DNA of 46,320 nt from Nemertoderma westbladi (Eukaryota; Animalia; Xenacoelomorpha). Shown in pieces: positions 38,352 to 46,320 of this stretch (within the stretch, counting starts at the first letter, position 1; each line of letters begins with the position of its first letter). The notes below the pieces were generated by a model. That model made no database searches, was not told where the DNA came from, and saw nothing but the letters and a program-made list of their open reading frames with translations. The translations under genes and the position numbers were made by a program. The stretch spans positions 1-46,320 of the forward strand of contig JAUCBJ010008315.1 of assembly GCA_032718475.1 (NCBI GenBank). The letters are read 5' to 3'.

Positions 38352-39052
38352 GGGGTCATCCATAAAAGACGTCCGAGAAAATCCCGAATTTTTGGACCCC
38401 CCCCTCCCCCCTGTCCGCGAATGTCCGGTTTTTGACCCCCCCCCCCCCCTCCCCCCTATTCGGACGTCCGAATTTTAGAAAATAAAACAGAAAACAAATA
38501 CACGAATTATTGCTGTACATTGTACAAATAGGGGGGCGACTACTAATATTAACAGTACTAATATATATAGAAAACTATATAAAATACTGTAGTTTACGAG
38601 TCAGCTAGGAATGATTCTTCCCAAATTGGTGATGAGAACGTAGTGAAAACTGGCATCACATCCTCCCCATAATCCGCAACCTTCGCTTCATCATCACCTA
38701 CTTTGTCCCGGCCACACTCTGTCTCAACGATGACATGGCGACACGCTGCCTCAACGATGACCTGGCCACACTCTGCCTCAAATATGTCGGTCCCGATCAC
38801 ATCTTTGTCCTCAAATCCTAGAAAAGGACCCACAGTCTTCTTTTCCTGAGGATGTACCGCCATGTGTCGTCCAACAGCAGCCTTATTCGGCCAGGATTTA
38901 CCACATATGGGGCATTGGCAGGTGCCCCAAAAAATTTAAAAACAGACGTCCTAATTTTGCTACACCCCCCCCCCCCCCCTGTCCGTAAATGTCCGGATTT
39001 GGCCGACCCCCCTCCCCCCCCTCTAGCTCGGACGTCTTTTATGGATGACCCC
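38352..39052. mobile_element. PIF/Harbinger-type MITE (701 bp)
   Basis: 26-bp perfect TIR ggggtcatccataaaagacgtccgag / ctcggacgtcttttatggatgacccc. TAA TSD at 38349-38351 and 39053-39055. Confidence 0.93.
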
Positions 39053-39366
39053 TAATTAGTATCTATAATATTGATGAAATTCATATCCATTTATGGAATT
39101 AATTGCAGTTACTTAAACAACTCAACGGTAAAATCTTACACTTACAGTAGCAGCATACATTGGCTATCAGCAATGGAAAATACTCAAGAGGCGTTCTAGA
39201 AGTTTATTGTTACTAAAAGTTAGTGATTAATTTGCAGCATTCCGTCAAAAAGGCCGCAACGTTGCAAAGAACTACTTCGCTGCGTAACAAGGATATCACA
39301 TGAACGCTTGACATAATGTAACAAAACTAATTAATTGCTTTACCAGGCAGAACGTTTTATACGAAC

Positions 39367-40146
39367 CTCGCCAGGCTTCCGCTCCCTACCACGGGTTGAA
39401 GTCGCAAAGTCCGGGAGTACATACTCCCGTAACAACGGGCTCTCAGGAAGTCGCGCGGACGCCATATCGCGAAGAAAGTTCCCGGAAACGAAACAAACAT
39501 CCTCTTTGCACTGGTTGATAACCAAGGTTTCGTCGAGCACATGAAGCTGTCTGTAAGAGAGAATCTCTTTCAAGTGATTGGTTAAGAGTTTACCACCTAC
39601 GTCGATACGGCGAATGCATTGCGAAAGTTTGCGGTTGGGTGCGATGTAGGGGACAGTATGGGTGAAAGAAAACCCAGAATCAATAACCAGACAGGGGGTG
39701 TCTGCACCACGCTCCTGACTATACTTGAAACCGCTCAAAGTAGAGGAATTAGTCCGTAATAGCGAGTTAAACTGGTATTCCTCGAACATAATTTCGTTAA
39801 TTTGTTCCTGAATAGACGATAAATTAAAGTGTGGTTCGGTGACTATCAAATTGAGTTCGTTACATGTAGCATTTAGGACTTGCCCACCAAACAGATGGTC
39901 CCACACCTGTCGTTGGATGTCCCAGTTTACCATCAATCCCTTTTGGAACGGTAACACGTAGTATAACCCTGAGAGATCTTTACATTTCTCGTATTGGTTG
40001 CCCACAAATTGTTTCCCGCGTTCCGCTTTCATTTTGGTTATGGAGTTGGATACGATAGAGGGATTTTCGTCCGTGGCGTAACCTACTTTTATCGTGTGGG
40101 CTCCGTTGTCCATTATTAGTACGCTGCCCGCGTCAACGCTATCCAT
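39367..40146 (-). CDS. ACTR6: Actin-related protein 6, exon 1 (260 aa)
   Basis: DNGAHTIKVGY, DLSGLYYVLPFQKG, DSGFSFTHTVPY and RIDVGGKLLTNHLKEILSYRQLHVLDET are Arp6-type motifs. Confidence 0.95.
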
Positions 40147-40581
40147 GTTAGCTCTATGCCCTGCTATGCGGTTACTGTTTCGGTGTTTTCTAATCTGCCT
40201 TACTTCACCTTAAAGAGTTTAGTGTGTAGTCAGTATGTGGACGTGTACAATGTACCGGTACGTAGGCCTATACCGGTACTACACAGTAGTACTGCAGTGA
40301 AGTACTGCAGTACGCTCTGACGCTGTAGTGCACTGTACACTGTGGCAGTGCGAGTGTGTTTCTGGCTTTGACTTTCCCGCGTAGGTGTACAGTACATTAG
40401 GGGGTACAGGGGTACAGGGGTACCGGTATAACTTTTCGCCGTATCCGTATGCATTTGCCGTATCCGTATGCTGGTATGCACATACGCGTATGGCGTATGT
40501 AATGGATTCCTATGGCTGTTGAGGCTGTATGGAGAATAATCCGTACACTGCCGTATGTGATTTTAAAGATTAGGCATTGCG

Positions 40582-41404
40582 GACCAGTAAGACAGTAAGA
40601 AGTGCACAGCACACATGCAGATTGAAGACAGGTAGGCGTAGGCCTACTTCTGTACTTAAAAGCGATATGATTTAAAGAGTGGGAGTGCGGCTGCCGCTAC
40701 CTAATCCTAATGGCAAATAAACAGTGTGAGTGTAGGTCCAGGATGAGTGACAGATGATGTCCTTCAGCCCCGGGATGCGCCACAGCGCTTGTTTTATTGT
40801 ACTAACTGACACCTGGCCGCCCAGTTGCCAGTTGGACTTAGATTAATTACTGGCACCCGGTTGCACTCGCTGACACGTGGTTTGACTAACTGGCACTAGC
40901 AGATTAGGTTGGACTTGTTGGCACTTGGTTGCATATGGTTAACTAAATACTGGCTCCGAAACAGCGACAGTAAAGCAGGTACATATGTTAATAAATTCAC
41001 AAAGTTGTGAATGAAGACAGACTGACACGACGGTTTTCAATATCTGTGCGAATGTTTATCCCCTTAGCATTCTCATTGCTGCTTCTATCAGTCTTATGTT
41101 AGTGCCATATACTGTAGCCAACCAACAACATTCTATAGCCAGGTCAGCAGGTTGGTGGAAAACAGTTAAAAAATAAATCACGGTTGTTAGATTTCCAAGC
41201 GGCGTCAAGAAGAGTTATCGTTAATAGGTACTGCATAGCTGGCGCATCCCAGGGCTGGCGGACACCGGCTGTCACTCATCCTGGACCTGTCCTGCATTAT
41301 TTATTTGACAAAAGGTAGCGGCAGCCACACTCTTTAAATCACTTAGCTTTAAGTAGGCCTACCTGTCTTCAGTCTGCATGTGTGATGTGCAGTTCTTACT
41401 GGTC
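40582..41404. mobile_element. Non-autonomous DNA transposon with ~170-200-bp diverged TIRs
   Basis: Left gaccagtaaga...aggtccaggatgagtgacag...gggatgcgcca and right tggcgcatccc...ctgtcactcatcctggacct...tcttactggtc. No TSD resolved. Confidence 0.8.
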
Positions 41405-42491
41405 TATGGTGGCCCAATACTAACCCAATAGAATTCGCTTTCTTCGAATTCCTAATAATATATTTTAATCTTAATAATAATTATTCAACATCAATTATTA
41501 TTTTATAAGTCTTGTATAAGATTGCTAAAGTATATAGAGCTAACTTTAGGATAATCTGCCTTATATTTTTAGAATTATTATAATTAATTTTGTTATGTTT
41601 ATAATGAATTAGTGCTGCAGTGTAAATGAATTATATCTTTCGTCAGACTACTGTATGCGCGACCGTGATGATAATGGGAAATGGGAAGGTAAAGGGGGGT
41701 GGGGGGATCGCAATCAATATTCTTCCCTCCCTAGGTGAATATCGACGAAAATAACAGCTTGTTTACTACTAAAAATAAAACTGTAACCTGTTCTACAGGG
41801 AAAATTTTAGATAGCAGTACTAGTCTTCATTATATGCCTCATTGCGCTCGTCCTGTTTTGTAATAAAAATTTTTCCCTAAACGAAGACTGACGACCTTTA
41901 TACAGTTATAACAATGCGAAGTTTCGAAAATGTGCGAGTAACTGCTGATACATCTATGTGGAGATGTGTGATACAACGTCAACGCATCGTATGCCGATGT
42001 AGTAATATGGGTATTGAAATAATATTAAATCAATGTACACTCTTAAAGCTGCAGCGAAAAAATGTAGCTAATTTTCTAGGTTACATATAAAATAATAATA
42101 TTATTTTTAAGAACATTAATTTTACTACTTTGCAAAAATTCAATTAAAAAATAACCAGACAAATATATTGCGGAATAAACTATTACAGATATAAGCCTAC
42201 AACAGCCAATTAACTAATTAACTGCTATTTTCTTAGCTTCTCGAAGGCCACACGGAAATTCAACTTGGAAAATTTCAAACTTTTGCCAAACAACATGTGT
42301 ACCAAGTGTTCGCGCTTTCAGACCTTTGGCAGTTTAATCCGCCAAATTAAGATGTCTTCTAGATATTAAATCGCTTTTTAGCCTATGACAAGTATTTGAT
42401 TCACTACACTAGTCGAAACCAATCTGTGCGCGATCATTCACCCGCTGGATATTCCCGGGAGATTGGGTTCGACGGTTTAATTTTATTGCTA

Positions 42492-43509
42492 TGTAAGCCT
42501 AATGTATTATTCGACTGACAGTATTATATAATCTCTGACAATATTATTCACCTTAGGGAATATTAACAGTTCCTTTAGGACGTGGCGCTTTATTTATATA
42601 AACAGAGTTATGACTTAAACTACTCACAACGATATGGCTTAATTATAATTCACATATATGGCGCATTCTTTAGGAATTGCTTCTTTAACAGACTCACTCA
42701 TACACAATGCTGCACAATACTGCACACTAATCTGCCAATCTTCACTGATTTTAGTCACATATAAAAGGAACACAGACTGACTCATGTAGGGTCTATCAAA
42801 TAACATTAGATTCACTTCAAACCACTTTAACATAAGTCACAATCGTTATTGGTAACCTTTCTCTCTTACCTTCGGTATATCAAGAATATTGGGTTTTCGG
42901 GGTTATTTCTCGTTATTCCAATATAATAATTCATCAACAAATATAATGAATAACCGACAACAAATAGCAGTATACAGTATCGATTGAGCAGGTAATTTTA
43001 GCAGTTTCAGCAGTTATACGTCAGTTATTAAAAGCCGTGTGTGCCGTGTGTCAGCAGTTAAAGGATATATGTCCTTATAATTAAACCTACTAGTGTTAAG
43101 CTAAAAAGCAGAAAGCACAAAACACTACAAAGCCGTTCTTTCGTGGCTTTGAAAAACTCGTGACTACTACTCTATACGAGGATACCAACTACCCTTATTC
43201 CACGAAGCTCCCGTTCAACACAGAGAAAGAGCAGTGAGATAGGAAAATTTCAGTTCAGTAGCTCTGTGATAGGTCAAAATCAAGGCTAACTCAAATTATA
43301 TTGGGAGATACAAAAACAAGGCTATGACGCAACCTTCCTAGGCTGGTTGGCCGATTAAACAGAGCCCAGATACCTGCGTACAGCAAATCAGCCAATAAGC
43401 TGGTAGCTTGCACTATTTTAGCTATAGATCCCCTTTAGAGTATTCTAGCGACCGGGGGGGAACTGGCCAACAAGGCAAACGAATCAGTTATCCCACAAAA
43501 GCTTTTACA
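42492..43509 (-). repeat. Putative 3' LTR (~1.0 kb; distal end at 42492 or 42503)
   Basis: Starts TGTAA and ends TTACA (or ATACA). Minus-strand AATAAA at ~42589-42594. Confidence 0.45.
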
Positions 43510-43517
43510 CCGCTCCC
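43510..43517 (-). other. Putative polypurine tract
   Basis: GGGAGCGG immediately 5' of the TG; short and imperfect. Confidence 0.45.
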
Positions 43518-43587
43518 AGAAAATGGGATTTAAGTCTATAAAATATACAAAATCACAGTTTCTAAAATATAAAAATACTCTAAACAG

Positions 43588-45363
43588 TTAGTCTTTCTTG
43601 CGCGGACGGCGTTTACGCAGTTTTTTAAAGCTAGCAAGAGTCATTTTCTCTTTGGGGCGAGCCACTTTACGAGGAGGGCTGTAGCTCCTAGGCGAAGGGT
43701 GCAATATAATTGCATCAGAAGGTGCAGGGTTACGATCGGTATACCCGCCGGTCGAAGTACCTGGTTGATTAATATCAACCTCAGTGGAGTGAGGTCTAAC
43801 GGCCTTTAGAGCGCGTCTCAGGACAGCAGCTCCTACGGGTCCTTGACGGGTCGTCTGGACACTAGCGGTGGGTGGACCGTGAGTAGTGAGGAACTTTCTC
43901 GGTTTAATGGTTCTCTCCAGCTCGCGTTCTCGGGTTCGATATTCATATGGTCGCCGAGATATTTCCTGTAGTTCAGGATGCGAGTTCACAAAGATGTCGC
44001 CATACTCCGGGTCCTGACGGATAAAATTGATCAGGTGATATGTGGTTATATCATTAGGGTTAACGTTTCTAAGGTATTTCCTGACAAACTTGGTGGAAAT
44101 ACACTCACCAACACGCTTCATTAACTCGTAACTTGGTACGCGTGTTTTCTGTTCAATCGACGCGAATAGATAAGGATGGAACGCGTAAACTCCCTCGTAA
44201 GCTCGTCCAGGGTAATAGCGATGTCGGGATTCGCAATGTAAATCGGCGTTCGCTTCCCAAGCTCGGATGTATCGCAGGGTGATCATCTCGTCTACGCTCT
44301 CTAAATCGCGATTAAAGGGACAATTGTAACTTTCATGTCCTTTAAATTGACAGTAGTGACATTGAGTCATAAATTGTGGGCAGACGGCAAATATATGAGA
44401 GTTATTAAGCCGGCAATAAGCACAATATATTTCCATCATCGGTTGTTCGAGGAAATAGGAACAAGGTACGCTCGAGTCTAGAGGAGTGAAGTGGTCTCTC
44501 GATGCACATAATCGACAACGTTTTCGAGAAACGTAGTTGGCGTGTCGATAATCGTACGCTGTGAGACGCTGTGGACCTTGATACCACTCTATGACATAAT
44601 CATTGTCACTGCTCCGGGAAGCCGTAGGTTGAATCGCTTCTGATTCCAAGCATACTGGTTCATCCTCCAGCTGCATAGACGAAGTGGGTGCGTCGGTTTC
44701 CGTAAGTGGACCCACTGTCTGTATTTCCACGACAGAATAACCTGTAGATATTCGGGGTCTTTGTATAACGGATGAATGTAGGTTCTGTATACAAACGTCT
44801 TGAAAGATGGCAAATCCAGCGCTACTCAGTTTCTCCGCAGCTGAGTCTCTAAGACTGAGCTTGGTCAGCGCGCGGTCCTTGAACTGACTATCGACGTTAC
44901 GGAACGGAGTCAGAAAGCGCCGGAAACATTCGAAACGTATGAACTTATTGTGTTCGTCTAACTTGGCGAGTTTAGTTCCAAGTATTAAGGGATGAGCGCG
45001 TATGGTACGACTGCACACATCGGCTAGCCAACCGGCAAGTGCTGCGTTTTCAAAGATCGTGTATATAGCTAAGGAAGGGCGAAGGGGAACACTCATAAAG
45101 CTATATACGGCACCAGGCGCAGTTAATGGTCCATCAAAATATAAACGAGAGTAATGATCTCCATATACTTGCTGGTAATTTATAGGATTTCCAACTTTGA
45201 AATTCCAACCATATTCTTGAAAGGCAAGATGTCCGATGGATGTCCGTTGTACTTTAGTAATGCCGCTGGGTGTATTGGCATACATAGTGCGAAAGAAACC
45301 TCGGCCTTCGGCCCAAGGAGCAATCAGCTGAGTATCAACGAAAGGGTATGGAATGTTCTCCAT
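43588..45363 (-). CDS. 591-aa protein with three CCHC zinc knuckles and a basic C-terminal tail; probable retroelement accessory protein
   Basis: Uninterrupted 1776-bp ORF with CX2CX4HX9C, CX2CX5HX4C and CX2CX4HX4C motifs; ends KKLRKRRPRKKD. Confidence 0.8.
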   Translation of the reverse strand: MENIPYPFVDTQLIAPWAEGRGFFRTMYANTPSGITKVQRTSIGHLAFQEYGWNFKVGNPINYQQVYGDHYSRLYFDGPLTAPGAVYSFMSVPLRPSLAIYTIFENAALAGWLADVCSRTIRAHPLILGTKLAKLDEHNKFIRFECFRRFLTPFRNVDSQFKDRALTKLSLRDSAAEKLSSAGFAIFQDVCIQNLHSSVIQRPRISTGYSVVEIQTVGPLTETDAPTSSMQLEDEPVCLESEAIQPTASRSSDNDYVIEWYQGPQRLTAYDYRHANYVSRKRCRLCASRDHFTPLDSSVPCSYFLEQPMMEIYCAYCRLNNSHIFAVCPQFMTQCHYCQFKGHESYNCPFNRDLESVDEMITLRYIRAWEANADLHCESRHRYYPGRAYEGVYAFHPYLFASIEQKTRVPSYELMKRVGECISTKFVRKYLRNVNPNDITTYHLINFIRQDPEYGDIFVNSHPELQEISRRPYEYRTRERELERTIKPRKFLTTHGPPTASVQTTRQGPVGAAVLRRALKAVRPHSTEVDINQPGTSTGGYTDRNPAPSDAIILHPSPRSYSPPRKVARPKEKMTLASFKKLRKRRPRKKD

Positions 45364-46320
45364 ATTCCCATTGTATGCCTAATATGTTCTCCGACAGCGA
45401 TGGTAGAGCAGAGGAAAAACTATTTCGCATTCTGAAATATTCAGAAATAAGATCTCAGTAGGAGGATTGTAACATTCGAGTACTATCCCCAACCGAATTT
45501 ATCCCCCAGTGTGATGAGGTAAACACCAGCTCAAAGATATGTTTGCCTCAGTTGTTCTACATAAGATTTATATCCCCAATCATTAAGGGAGGTGAACAAC
45601 CAGATTTATGACACATAATGGTACCAGTTGTTCACAAACTATCCGCGTGTCCTTTCAGTCCTTGTTTCACGGTTGTGGACTTGAGGAAATTAGGAAGTGG
45701 TTGATTATCTAATCAAGAACGAGAGGGTGGAAGTTGATATCATAAATATCAACAGAATATGACATGGACAGGAGGTGCGGACACCAATATTAGCATCCAG
45801 ATGAACAGTAAGGGATGGGAGGTTTAGTATTCGTTTCCCGAAGCTCCGAGCACGTTGGGAAGAGAAGGTGGGATGAAATATGTCGTATCTTTAGTAACAA
45901 CATATAAGAGGGTAAGAGGAGTAGAGAGGAGGGAGGATATACGATAGTATCCATAAGATACCACAATGGATGTGTTTTCCGTCACATCATCATTCATTCC
46001 TGCCTTTTAATTGTGACACTGATCACAATAATTACAGGAAAACGATGAAGGAAGAGAAAGTTACAGCCTCCCGAAGGAGACCGCCCGCGAGCACCCGTGC
46101 CCCGGGGAAAACTATTCACATTATGGACCCTGGACATTAACCCATGTCTCTTCTCCAGTGGTTCTCCTTTATTTGTCCGCATCAACCTTCTTCCACGTTC
46201 TATCCTTCGAGTTAATTTCGAATAGGGTTCTCGTGTTCTATTCTCGATTTATCGTTTCGACTCCGCTGGGCATGATATTTAAATAAAACCATTTCCCTTT
46301 CGGTGTCTACATCGTCCGTA

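Larger units (their letters stand above)
36524..39366 (-). other. Single GT-AG intron of ACTR6 (2843 bp), filled with repeats
   Basis: Donor GAG|gttcgt and acceptor tag|GTT join in frame to give a 399-aa Arp6. Confidence 0.85.
42492..46320 (-). mobile_element. Probable 3' part of an LTR retrotransposon continuing beyond the window
   Basis: On the minus strand: intact ORF, then a purine tract directly followed by TGTAAAAG, then ~1 kb with AATAAA near a ...TACA end. No pol and no second LTR are visible in the window. Confidence 0.5.

Noticed and set aside
39340-39366. ACTR6 ending at VRIKRSAW, or using the gtaaag donor
   Set aside because: This is read-through into the intron. That donor is phase 2 and does not fit the phase-0 acceptor.
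42412-42473. tRNA or SINE suggested by ggttcgac in a 14-bp stem-loop
   Set aside because: No cloverleaf or A box and an incomplete B box; probably a small inverted-repeat remnant.
43588-45363. Host nanos or a retroviral env gene
   Set aside because: Finger spacing differs from the Nanos consensus, and there is no signal peptide or transmembrane anchor as expected for env.
45994-46320. End of pol/integrase
   Set aside because: Minus-strand frames are short and show no integrase motifs.

Overview
Eukaryotic, most likely bilaterian invertebrate, genomic DNA. About 20 kb (591-20678) is one strand-asymmetric 55-bp satellite array of roughly 365 monomers, with zoned variants and higher-order duplication. 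The rest holds three conserved housekeeping genes with almost no coding introns: MFSD8 (+, single ORF), NUDCD1 (+, single ORF) and ACTR6/Arp6 (-, two exons, one 2.8-kb intron). Between them lie many non-autonomous DNA transposons, several with clear TIRs and target-site duplications and some nested, plus an RTE-like LINE fragment. The right end is the probable 3' end of an LTR retrotransposon. Its ORF just before the polypurine tract (the env position) encodes an intact 591-aa triple-CCHC zinc-knuckle protein with a basic tail rather than an envelope. Upstream of all three genes, TA-bounded motifs (TACCGGTA, TAGGCCTA, TACAGTA/TACTGTA) and micro-duplications cluster; they resemble accumulated transposon excision footprints. 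All calls were made by eye, without database searches.
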